From: a virus
Taxonomy: Duplodnaviria > Caudoviricetes
Direction: 5' to 3' (one strand)
Length of the DNA: 36,055 nucleotides
IMG/VR virus record: IMGVR_UViG_3300020045_015080
Location: 1 to 36,055 of that record
Numbering within the stretch: the first letter of the stretch is position 1; the number at the start of each line of letters is the position of its first letter. A program made the translations under genes and the position numbers. The notes under the pieces were generated by a model, which saw nothing but the letters and a program-made list of their open reading frames with translations, ran no database searches and was not told the DNA's origin. Below, piece after piece: positions 1 through 8,106 of this stretch.

Positions 1-218
1 ATTTCTACGGTGGTGTCTGTGCTACCTTGCCAATCGGACCAACTACAAAGGATATACCTTCCTCCTTTTGTGTAATAGATGCATTCGTGTGCTGTTTGGC
101 TTCCTGTTGCCATACTGATTTGATTACGTCCGTTCCATTTGGTGTTTTCTGAAAACTTCTCGGCTGTTTCGGTTGAGAACCATTTGCCTGAGTTGTCTGT
201 TAGTGCGATTCTTGCCAT
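1..218 (-). CDS. hypothetical phage protein, runs off the window edge
   Basis: Hand translation from ATG at 218 gives MARIALTDNSGKWFSTETAEKFSENTKWNGRNQ..., open to base 1; not in the ORF track. Confidence 0.65.
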   Translation of the reverse strand, partial: MARIALTDNSGKWFSTETAEKFSENTKWNGRNQISMATGSQTAHECIYYTKGGRYILCSWSDWQGSTDTTVE

Positions 219-341
219 TTTGATTCGGGAAGGTTGCCCGATACCTTTAGATTGTTATTTAGAAATTCCGGTTGGTGGTGCGATTAAATTGGCAGGACAT
301 TAAAGATAGTATAATATTCCTGCCAATTGGTTGTTGTTTGT

Positions 342-773
342 TTAATCCACTTTTAGGTAAGCTTTGTAGGTATTACCTGCTTTGCTTACTCTTGTGTAGT
401 ACAGTTTACCGTTCTTGCTAATGAATAGCGGATATACCTTACCAGATTTGTCGGTAAAGGTTTTACCAGTTGGTTTACCTGTTGTTGCGGTGTCTTGTTT
501 TTGGGTGGCAATGTAGTTGCCGTCTTTGGTTTTGGTTGCTGTTTGGGCAGATAGGGCAAAGGTTAGCATCAGACAAAGGATTGTCAGCAATGTGCGGATG
601 GCTTTGGTCCTGCTGCCGTACTTCTTTTCAATGAAGGTATTTTGTGCAGGTGTTAGCTGCACTCCGTAGGTTTTCACCTTTTCCTTTTCGGGTTTTGCTT
701 TTCTGCCGCCGCCTGGCGCCCGTTGTTTAAGGTCTTTGCCTCTTTGGCCTTGTGTGCGTGTTGTTTCTTTCAT
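342..773 (-). CDS. hypothetical protein: basic N-terminus (possible DNA-binding), hydrophobic segment, small C-terminal domain
   Basis: RAPGGGRK basic motif; internal LLTILCLMLTFALSAQ. Confidence 0.6.
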   Translation of the reverse strand: MKETTRTQGQRGKDLKQRAPGGGRKAKPEKEKVKTYGVQLTPAQNTFIEKKYGSRTKAIRTLLTILCLMLTFALSAQTATKTKDGNYIATQKQDTATTGKPTGKTFTDKSGKVYPLFISKNGKLYYTRVSKAGNTYKAYLKVD

Positions 774-806
774 GTTGATTTAAATTGAATTGGTTGAAAA
801 TATGGT

Positions 807-1025
807 TTATTTACATTCCATGCCGTCGCAGGTGCACTCATTATCGCAAGTTGCGTGTGTTGTATCGGTGCAGATGTGAATCAGGTCGCTTTTTGCGTGG
901 CGTTCGATATTCTGCTCTTTTACCTTAAATGCTCTCCAACCTCTTTGTTCGGTTGCCATAAATCCCCATGCGCAAAGGAATATGATGAACATTGCCGGAA
1001 ATATTGCTGCTATTGCTTTTTTCAT
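807..1025 (-). CDS. small membrane-anchored protein with Cys-rich C-terminus
   Basis: N-terminal hydrophobic helix; CTDTTHATCDNECTCDGMEC. Confidence 0.6.
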   Translation of the reverse strand: MKKAIAAIFPAMFIIFLCAWGFMATEQRGWRAFKVKEQNIERHAKSDLIHICTDTTHATCDNECTCDGMECK

Positions 1026-1029
1026 GGTG

Positions 1030-1326
1030 TTAGTTTTTACTTGCTCTTAGTTCAATGTGGTGATTTGGTTGCATGTATATCTGTGCATCTAATTGGAAGT
1101 GCACAAAATACCATCCTGTTTGAAATCCATCTACCTTATTTGGTATATTCAAATCATTAAGAAATTTGGTTAACTCATTCTTTGCTTTTTCTTCCATGGA
1201 TACCCGCCAGTGGCCAGCCTTTTGCATGTGAAAAAAATCAATTTCAAAACTTTCCATCATTGCCATTATTGAGGTATTGAAAGATGAAAATGACAGGTCG
1301 ATAACTAAACTGGTTGTTTTTTTCAT
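1030..1326 (-). CDS. hypothetical protein
   Basis: Tightly packed in the minus-strand early operon. Confidence 0.6.
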   Translation of the reverse strand: MKKTTSLVIDLSFSSFNTSIMAMMESFEIDFFHMQKAGHWRVSMEEKAKNELTKFLNDLNIPNKVDGFQTGWYFVHFQLDAQIYMQPNHHIELRASKN

Positions 1327-1335
1327 GGTGGGGTT

Positions 1336-1536
1336 TTAAGATTGTGTGCAAATGTATTTTTCGTTATGGTTGGCCCACTCGTCGCCTTCTTCCGCTTCGG
1401 TGGCCCATTCGTGCAGGGCTTCACCATTCCAGTTTGTCACATCATCGCTCTCCTTGATAATATCAACGGTTAGGTTATTGGCTTTGAATCCTCTACCGCT
1501 TAGGTCTTTCCAGTAAAATAATTTTTCGTTGTTCAT
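1336..1536 (-). CDS. hypothetical acidic phage protein
   Basis: Packed ORF with A-rich leader. Confidence 0.6.
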   Translation of the reverse strand: MNNEKLFYWKDLSGRGFKANNLTVDIIKESDDVTNWNGEALHEWATEAEEGDEWANHNEKYICTQS

Positions 1537-1589
1537 GTGTTTGAGTTTTTAAGGTGGCCGGTGGTTAGCCGGCCGGTTTAAGGATTGAA

Positions 1590-2048
1590 TTATAAAATGC
1601 CTTCATCAGCAAATGAGTAATAAGATAGGCTGCCGCAAACATCAGGCGCCAGTATGATATGGTCTAACACTGTTATATCGAAATACGATAAACCGGTTTT
1701 GATTTTGGCGGTTAAATCTTGGTCTGCCCTGCTTGGTTTAAGATTGCCTGATGGGTGGTTGTGAATCAGGATAATACTGGTAGCAAGACTATCAACTGCA
1801 TACTTCGCAATGATACGGGGGTCTGCTACTGTGCCCGTTATTCCTCCGGCTGATATCTTCACATACCCGATTGTCATATTAGCCTTGTTAAGCAGGATAA
1901 GAAACATTGATTCAAAAATTTCAATGTCCTGATAATAGAATTGGCGGGCGTATTGTGCACCATCTTTAGAAGTGGTAATTGATGCCTGCTGGTATTTACT
2001 CTTTTTAAGTTTGAGTGTTAACTCGTTTAATTTGGCGTAGGTTGTCAT
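1590..2048 (-). CDS. radC: RadC-like JAB/MPN domain protein (UPF0758)
   Basis: IHNHPSGNLKPSRAD and VLDHII JAB metalloenzyme motifs. Confidence 0.92.
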   Translation of the reverse strand: MTTYAKLNELTLKLKKSKYQQASITTSKDGAQYARQFYYQDIEIFESMFLILLNKANMTIGYVKISAGGITGTVADPRIIAKYAVDSLATSIILIHNHPSGNLKPSRADQDLTAKIKTGLSYFDITVLDHIILAPDVCGSLSYYSFADEGIL

Positions 2049-2308
2049 TGTATTTGCGGCGTTTTTATTCGGTTGCCTTCCGATCTGTATGCAAGGTAGT
2101 AATTCTTTTTATATTCCCAAACATTTAAAAGAAATATAGACAACTATTAATGTTATACCTTATGACATTTCGATTTGGTTAAAAAATGTATGGTTTATTT
2201 AATTGTTTTCGAATCTTTATAAAATGTATGGTTTTATTGTTTTAATTTATAACTTTACAATTCAAACCAAAGCGGTAGCCGACCGCATACACAAATGGCA
2301 CAAATAGC

Positions 2309-2467
2309 ATGAAAACATTTATCTTTTATTACTTCGTTACACTGGCCGTTGTTGCCTTTATTTCCATCATTGCATTATTCACAACATTAGAATACACTGG
2401 TGCCATCTTTGGCGGGTGTGTTGTTGTGTTTAGTTTGGCCCTTTGCTTCATCACTTCAAAACGTTAA
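2309..2467 (+). CDS. small two-TM membrane protein (52 aa)
   Basis: Hand translation MKTFIFYYFVTLAVVAFISIIALFTTLEYTGAIFGGCVVVFSLALCFITSKR; below the ORF-track cutoff; ends 6 bp before the next ATG. Confidence 0.65.
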   Translation: MKTFIFYYFVTLAVVAFISIIALFTTLEYTGAIFGGCVVVFSLALCFITSKR

Positions 2468-2473
2468 TACACC

Positions 2474-2803
2474 ATGACAAAATCCATGAAAATAAACATC
2501 GGCAGGGTTGAACAACTTAAAACCGCTGCAAAGCTGGCTGAAAGGCTGGCGGCTGAATTTTCAACCATTCTACACGAATGGTTGAACAAAGATCAGGTTG
2601 AAGATATCAACCGGAAAAACGCCAGCCCTGAGTATAAGGATGGCTGTTGTGCAACACATGATTATTGCGACCCAAACGAAGCAATGATACAGGCCTTTGA
2701 AAAGGTAATAGGCAGGAAAATAAATATGCAGCAACAGAGCGATATTAACCTCATTAACATTGCCTGGAATGTAGCAAGGGCACAGGAATTTGTCATTTAT
2801 TAA
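2474..2803 (+). CDS. hypothetical phage protein
   Basis: CCATHDYCDPN motif; plus-strand operon. Confidence 0.7.
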   Translation: MTKSMKINIGRVEQLKTAAKLAERLAAEFSTILHEWLNKDQVEDINRKNASPEYKDGCCATHDYCDPNEAMIQAFEKVIGRKINMQQQSDINLINIAWNVARAQEFVIY

Positions 2804-2841
2804 TCTTAAAAAGCGTCAGGCCACGAACGGCCGCAAACAGA

Positions 2842-3249
2842 ATGAAAAGTATCGCAGAAATTAAAATTGAAAAAGAGGTAAAAGTATCTCAGCTAATTAC
2901 CAGTTGTTTAATGTTTTTTGCCTTTAATGATAAGCAATGGGAGGAAAATAAAACACCATTGCAGGAGGGCGAAAAGTATGTATCTATTGGGGCAGGCGCT
3001 TACCTACCAAAAGGTAAGGTACAAAGTTATTCGGACGGCATTGATGAACTTAATAAATGGTACAAATCTGAAGTTAAGGCCAATAAGCAACGGAAGGCTA
3101 ATATAGCCTATGAACTGGCAAACCATGAAGCGTATTACACTGGCAGCATTGAGGACACAGTTGATGCATTGGGCAGTGATTACACAGAGGCGGAAGTAAG
3201 GGAGGTTTACAAGCAAGGTTACAAAGAATGGGTTTCAGCGAATTGTTAA
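2842..3249 (+). CDS. hypothetical phage protein
   Basis: FFAFNDKQW and YELANHEAYY segments; operon context. Confidence 0.7.
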   Translation: MKSIAEIKIEKEVKVSQLITSCLMFFAFNDKQWEENKTPLQEGEKYVSIGAGAYLPKGKVQSYSDGIDELNKWYKSEVKANKQRKANIAYELANHEAYYTGSIEDTVDALGSDYTEAEVREVYKQGYKEWVSANC

Positions 3250-3295
3250 AAACTAACCGGTAAACCACCGGCACAATAAAGGGTTAAAAAACGAT

Positions 3296-3493
3296 ATGGA
3301 TAATAAAACTATAATTAAAGCTAAAAAAGACCTGCACAATGGCGGGTTATGCTTTACAAAAGGTAAGCAGTATGAAATTATTGGCTGGCCAATTCACAAC
3401 CAATCGGACTTAATTGACGCCAAAGTTACCAATGATATGGGCCAGCCGCATATTATTGGTATGTGGTGGAAAAGTTTCAAAATAGTAAAATAA
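3296..3493 (+). CDS. hypothetical protein
   Basis: ORF followed by a GC hairpin. Confidence 0.6.
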   Translation: MDNKTIIKAKKDLHNGGLCFTKGKQYEIIGWPIHNQSDLIDAKVTNDMGQPHIIGMWWKSFKIVK

Positions 3494-3504
3494 ATCATCC
3501 AACC

Positions 3505-3530
3505 GGCCGCCAGGTATCCGCCTGGCGGCC
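3505..3530. terminator. GC-rich hairpin, possible terminator or processing site
   Basis: GGCCGCCAGG-TATCCG-CCTGGCGGCC, a perfect 10-bp stem. Confidence 0.55.
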
Positions 3531-3575
3531 AAAATTTTAAAACCGGAAGGCAACCGATAAAACGCCATAACCAAA

Positions 3576-3800
3576 ATGTTGCATAATCTTCACACCGTAA
3601 AGGTAAAATTTAAGGATCCTCAGTACAATTACATCACCAATGTAAGCAGCCAAACTACTGCTCGGGCAGCGGAAAACTATTTTGTGGGCAATCATTTTAA
3701 CGTGGCCAGTTTCCCGGGAGAAAATTTTCAGCGTTGCATGGCCATTGATTTCATCGAAAATAAAGTAGTTAACCTGCAAAAAGAATACGCCAATGGATAA
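3576..3800 (+). CDS. hypothetical protein
   Basis: Overlaps the next start. Confidence 0.6.
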   Translation: MLHNLHTVKVKFKDPQYNYITNVSSQTTARAAENYFVGNHFNVASFPGENFQRCMAIDFIENKVVNLQKEYANG

Positions 3801-4032
3801 GCTAACAGTAAACGCAACCAATACAGTAAACCGGCTTAAAGAAAACTGGTTGCAAGATCCTGCAATGATGGATTTTCATTGCGCACAGGTTATAAGCGGC
3901 AACCATAATAAAACGCTGCGGCAGGAAATTGTAAAGCAGCTAACCGGCGAAGTAAGGCCCATCAGCCAGTGCGGTATGTATGCCGTTTCGGATATTATGA
4001 AAGCCAGCTTTATGCAATACTCATTATTTTAA
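3793..4032 (+). CDS. hypothetical protein
   Basis: Coupled ORF. Confidence 0.6.
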   Translation: MDKLTVNATNTVNRLKENWLQDPAMMDFHCAQVISGNHNKTLRQEIVKQLTGEVRPISQCGMYAVSDIMKASFMQYSLF

Positions 4033-4046
4033 AAAACTAAACGAAG

Positions 4047-4262
4047 ATGGCAACAAAACGTCACAATTGCATGGTAGATAATCTGGGAGATTTAGTAAAT
4101 GCTCAGGTGGATATTAACAGGGCTGTATGGGCTGGGAATGCTCATTCATTCCCTAATGATAAAACCAAAGCGGAACGGGAGGTATATATCATTAAATGCG
4201 CTCAGGATGCCATCAAAAGCCTAAATGAGTATTTGGTAAAAACACAAAATTTATTATTCTGA
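4047..4262 (+). CDS. hypothetical protein flanked by 23-bp direct repeats
   Basis: ORF; repeats at 4024-4046 and 4254-4276. Confidence 0.6.
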   Translation: MATKRHNCMVDNLGDLVNAQVDINRAVWAGNAHSFPNDKTKAEREVYIIKCAQDAIKSLNEYLVKTQNLLF

Positions 4263-4278
4263 AAAACTAAACGGAGCC

Positions 4279-4635
4279 ATGAAGCCAATAGAAAAGAAAT
4301 CAGCGAACGATCATTTAATCCTGGCAATGCTACACAATAGCATTGCCAGGAACTTTTTGCAGTATGTAAGGCATGAGGTACACGGAGAAACTAAAGACTT
4401 CATAAACCGGCTGATTAAACGCAGCGAAGCCAACGAACTGGATACAATCTCCCGAATGACGAACGAAGCCAACCGGGAGAAATTTAAAAAAGAAATTCGT
4501 ATGGGCGATACTTTGCAAATTTCTTATATAAACATGCAAATATTAGAAATGGACCAACCAAAACGTGATTTGGTTGAAAAATTAATAAACTTAATTCACA
4601 AAGGCGAAGAAATTAACATCGAAACTACATTATGA
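4279..4635 (+). CDS. hypothetical protein
   Basis: ATGA overlap with the methylase. Confidence 0.65.
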   Translation: MKPIEKKSANDHLILAMLHNSIARNFLQYVRHEVHGETKDFINRLIKRSEANELDTISRMTNEANREKFKKEIRMGDTLQISYINMQILEMDQPKRDLVEKLINLIHKGEEINIETTL

Positions 4636-6275
4636 AAAAAGAAGAACCACTGTTTTTAATAGTTGATTTGTTTTGCGGTTTTGGTGGCACCAGTACCGGT
4701 TTTGCAAATGCAGAAATCAACGGCAATAAAATCTGCAAAGTAATTGCCTGCGTTAACCATGACCCGAAAGCAATCAAAAGCCATTGGTTGAATCATAGCG
4801 AGGTTAAGCACTTTGAAGAAGATATCCGGACACTTGATTTAACCGAGCTCACCAAAATTGTAAACTACTGGCGTGGCATATACCCAAATGCGTATGTGTT
4901 GTTATGGGCCAGCCTGGAATGCACCAATTTTAGCAAGGCAAAGGGAGGGCAGGCAAGGAACGCAGATAGCCGGACCTTAGCAGAACATTTGTTCCGGTAC
5001 CAGGAAGCTTTGCAGCCTGACTATATTCAAATCGAAAATGTGGTTGAATTTATGGCCTGGGGACCACTGGATGAAAAAGGCAAACCGATCAGTAAGAAAA
5101 ATGGCGAAGAATGGGTAAAATGGAAAAACCAAATGTGTGCGTATGGCTATTATGATGAATGGAAGGAATTGAACTCTGCCGATTTTGGAGCATACACCAG
5201 CAGGAACCGGTTATTTGGTTGTTTTGCAAAGGACGGCTTACCAATCGTATGGCCTGATAAAACGCATTACAAAACCATTGCCGTAAAAAGTAAAAAGGCG
5301 GTAACGCAGCAACAAAACATGTTCAATAAATCACTTTCACCATGGATGCCAGTTAAGGATGTATTGGATTTTAGTGATGAAGGAACCAGTATTTTTAACC
5401 GAAAAAAAAACCTAAGCGATAAGACATACGAACGCATTTATGCAGGCCTTTTAAAGTATGTGGCGAAAGGTGATACTTCTTTTATCAGTAAATACTATTC
5501 AGGTAGGCCAGCCGGAAAAGTAGGTAGCACAAGCCAGCCAGCCGGCACAATTACAACAGCAGGCACTCAAAGTTTAATACAGGCGCAGTTCATTGCTGCT
5601 CATTACAGCACTGGCGCCAATGTAACACCAGTAACAAGGCCATGCCCAACGATCAGCACGAAAGACAGGTTTCAGTTAATCAATCCAATGTTTTTTATAG
5701 ATAAGCATTATCGTGTTACTCAAAACCAAAGCGTTGATCAGCCGGCCGGTACCATTATGCCAAACGATAAACACCGGTTGATTGAAGCTACACCGTTTAT
5801 CATGCCGACTAATTTTAATAACTTGCCACGCAGCACAGAAGAACCGGCACCAACGCTCACAGCAAGCAGAAGGCATACATACATTGTAAATCCTTCGCAT
5901 GGCGGGCATTGCACCAGCACAGAAGCGCCATGCCCTGTAATTGTAGCCAGGCAGGATAAAGCGCCGTTGTATGTGGTGCAATGTGAAACCGGACCGGTAA
6001 CAATACCAGTGTATGATACAGACAGCGAGGTAATGATCCGGATTAAGAAATTTATGGTAGCGTTTAATCTGGTGGACGTAAAAATGCGGATGCTTAAGGT
6101 ATTGGAATTATTGAAAATACAAGGCTTTCCGGAAACGTATCAAATGATTGGCAACCAAACAGACCAGAAAAAGTTCATCGGCAACAGTGTGCACCCATTA
6201 GTACCTAAGCATTGGGCAGAAGCATTGGGCGGCCGGTTAATTAAATTAGGAAACAGAATTTCAAAAGCAGCTTAA
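4632..6275 (+). CDS. DNA (cytosine-5) methyltransferase, phage type with repeated P-x-P/G-T-I-T modules
   Basis: DLFCGFGG (motif I), ASLECTNFS (catalytic Cys), IENVVEF, SRNRLF, IQGFP...IGNSV. Confidence 0.93.
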   Translation: MKKEEPLFLIVDLFCGFGGTSTGFANAEINGNKICKVIACVNHDPKAIKSHWLNHSEVKHFEEDIRTLDLTELTKIVNYWRGIYPNAYVLLWASLECTNFSKAKGGQARNADSRTLAEHLFRYQEALQPDYIQIENVVEFMAWGPLDEKGKPISKKNGEEWVKWKNQMCAYGYYDEWKELNSADFGAYTSRNRLFGCFAKDGLPIVWPDKTHYKTIAVKSKKAVTQQQNMFNKSLSPWMPVKDVLDFSDEGTSIFNRKKNLSDKTYERIYAGLLKYVAKGDTSFISKYYSGRPAGKVGSTSQPAGTITTAGTQSLIQAQFIAAHYSTGANVTPVTRPCPTISTKDRFQLINPMFFIDKHYRVTQNQSVDQPAGTIMPNDKHRLIEATPFIMPTNFNNLPRSTEEPAPTLTASRRHTYIVNPSHGGHCTSTEAPCPVIVARQDKAPLYVVQCETGPVTIPVYDTDSEVMIRIKKFMVAFNLVDVKMRMLKVLELLKIQGFPETYQMIGNQTDQKKFIGNSVHPLVPKHWAEALGGRLIKLGNRISKAA

Positions 6276-6284
6276 AATTAAAGT

Positions 6285-7124
6285 ATGAAAGAGAAATTAA
6301 TTATAAGCTTTTCTGGTGGCCGCACCAGCGCTTACATGACATGGTGGCTTTTAAATTGCTGGCAGGATAGAGATAAATATGATATCATCGTGGTTTTTGC
6401 AAACACCGGTAAGGAAGTAGAAGGTACGTATTTTTTCATAGATGAATGTGCCCAGGAATGGGGTATTGATATTGTGTGGGTAGAAGCTGTTCCTATTTCA
6501 GCTAAAGGATGGAAAGTAAAGGCTAAGGTAGTTACCTATGAAACCGCTTCCAGGAAAGGTGAGCCATTTGAGGCAATGATTAAAAAATTAGGGATACCAT
6601 CTTCCAAAATACCATTTTGTTCACCACAATTAAAACGGCAGGCTGTTCGGGCTTATGCAAAGCAAATTGGATGGGTAAAATATTCGGTAGCTATTGGATA
6701 TCGTACTGATGAACCAAAACGGGTTAATAGGAAAAATAAAAGGCAGAAATTGATTTATCCCCTGGTAGATATAAATCCAAAAAGTAAAAAAGAAATTTCA
6801 GAGTGGTGGAGTAAGCAGCCGTTTAATTTGGATATTCATGTGGATGATGGTAATTGCGATAATTGCTGGAAAAAAAACGCAGCTTTATTATGCAGAAATA
6901 TGCAACGCAATCCGGCGTCTTTTACCTGGTGGGAAAGCATAGGGCTGCAGTATGGACAGCATAACCCAAGAGATATAAAACTAAAACCACCATATAATTT
7001 TTTTAGGGGTAATATGTCCGTTCAGGATATACGGGAATTAAGCTTAAAGCCACAATCTGAAATAAAACAACTAACCATGTTTGAACCATTGAGCAGCTGC
7101 GGTGAAAGTTGCGAAGCATGGTAA
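6285..7124 (+). CDS. PAPS reductase family (PP-loop) protein
   Basis: SFSGGRTS PP-loop, FANTGKE, FCSPQLK, IGYRTDE, NCDNCWKK, SCGESCE. Confidence 0.85.
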   Translation: MKEKLIISFSGGRTSAYMTWWLLNCWQDRDKYDIIVVFANTGKEVEGTYFFIDECAQEWGIDIVWVEAVPISAKGWKVKAKVVTYETASRKGEPFEAMIKKLGIPSSKIPFCSPQLKRQAVRAYAKQIGWVKYSVAIGYRTDEPKRVNRKNKRQKLIYPLVDINPKSKKEISEWWSKQPFNLDIHVDDGNCDNCWKKNAALLCRNMQRNPASFTWWESIGLQYGQHNPRDIKLKPPYNFFRGNMSVQDIRELSLKPQSEIKQLTMFEPLSSCGESCEAW

Positions 7125-7151
7125 TTTATCATTAAAAACAAAATAGTAGTT

Positions 7152-7484
7152 ATGCCAAAAATAGTAGAAAAGTTTGTGTACATAGAATTACCCGGAGCAG
7201 TGTATATCCTGCATACCCGGGAGCCTTTTGTAATTGGAAGGGTATGGCTGTATAAATCATTACCAGCCCTGCAGGAGCAACTTGAAAAGCTTCAGCCACT
7301 ATCCTATGCGCAGATGGAATTATACGCCATTGCGATAACGATGCGGGCAGTTTTGGGGGATCGTATGATTGCACACGCAGGAACAAAAGAAGAATTGCAG
7401 CGGATTATGAACGGAATGCTGGATTTCTATAAAGAAACAAGGTTGGAGAAAAGTATAAGGTGGCACGAGAAATTTAAAATCTGA
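7152..7484 (+). CDS. hypothetical protein
   Basis: Last gene of the plus-strand operon. Confidence 0.6.
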   Translation: MPKIVEKFVYIELPGAVYILHTREPFVIGRVWLYKSLPALQEQLEKLQPLSYAQMELYAIAITMRAVLGDRMIAHAGTKEELQRIMNGMLDFYKETRLEKSIRWHEKFKI

Positions 7485-7833
7485 TGCCAAAATTAAAAGC
7501 AATCAAATTTTTGCATAAACCGGTTTTGATGTTTACCTGGTTGCGGCGCCAGTTTTGATATTGCGTAACATGATCATAGTCATGCAGCATAATATTCGAT
7601 AACTGGCGCCGCAAAATATCCATTTCCACATCACTGATACCAATCACCTGCTGTACTTCAGTAAGCGGAACGCCGGTTACAATAGCGAGGTTGATAAAAA
7701 CTAAAATACCCAATTCCTTTTGAAAATATTCGTGCTCCCTGGCAACATTGGCAAGCATCCACTTGCCGGCACTTTTGTTATCCCAAACAAATTGAGGCCG
7801 AAGGCAAATGGATAGTTGTTTTGCTGTTAGCAT
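7474..7833 (-). CDS. hypothetical protein
   Basis: Convergent ORF. Confidence 0.55.
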   Translation of the reverse strand: MLTAKQLSICLRPQFVWDNKSAGKWMLANVAREHEYFQKELGILVFINLAIVTGVPLTEVQQVIGISDVEMDILRRQLSNIMLHDYDHVTQYQNWRRNQVNIKTGLCKNLIAFNFGIRF

Positions 7834-7869
7834 TCTTATTACATTTGTGAACTGTTAAAATCAAAAAAT

Positions 7870-8106
7870 ATGCCCCGTCAACGAATCAATGAGCCGCGAT
7901 ACACACCCGAAATTGCCCACCGTTTTATGCTTACCCGTAAAACTGCCAATCTCACCATTAAAGAAATATCCGAAAAAATGGGTTTTAATACTTCCTATAT
8001 CAAAGCAGTTGAGTATGGCAATATTTCCCCTAACATTGATTTTCTAATAAAATGGCACAATACTTTTGATAAGTCTTATACCTGGATATTAGAAGGCAGG
8101 ATCTAA
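7870..8106 (+). CDS. XRE-family helix-turn-helix regulator
   Basis: LTIKEISEKMGFNTSYIKAVEYGNISP, HTH_3 pattern. Confidence 0.85.
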   Translation: MPRQRINEPRYTPEIAHRFMLTRKTANLTIKEISEKMGFNTSYIKAVEYGNISPNIDFLIKWHNTFDKSYTWILEGRI

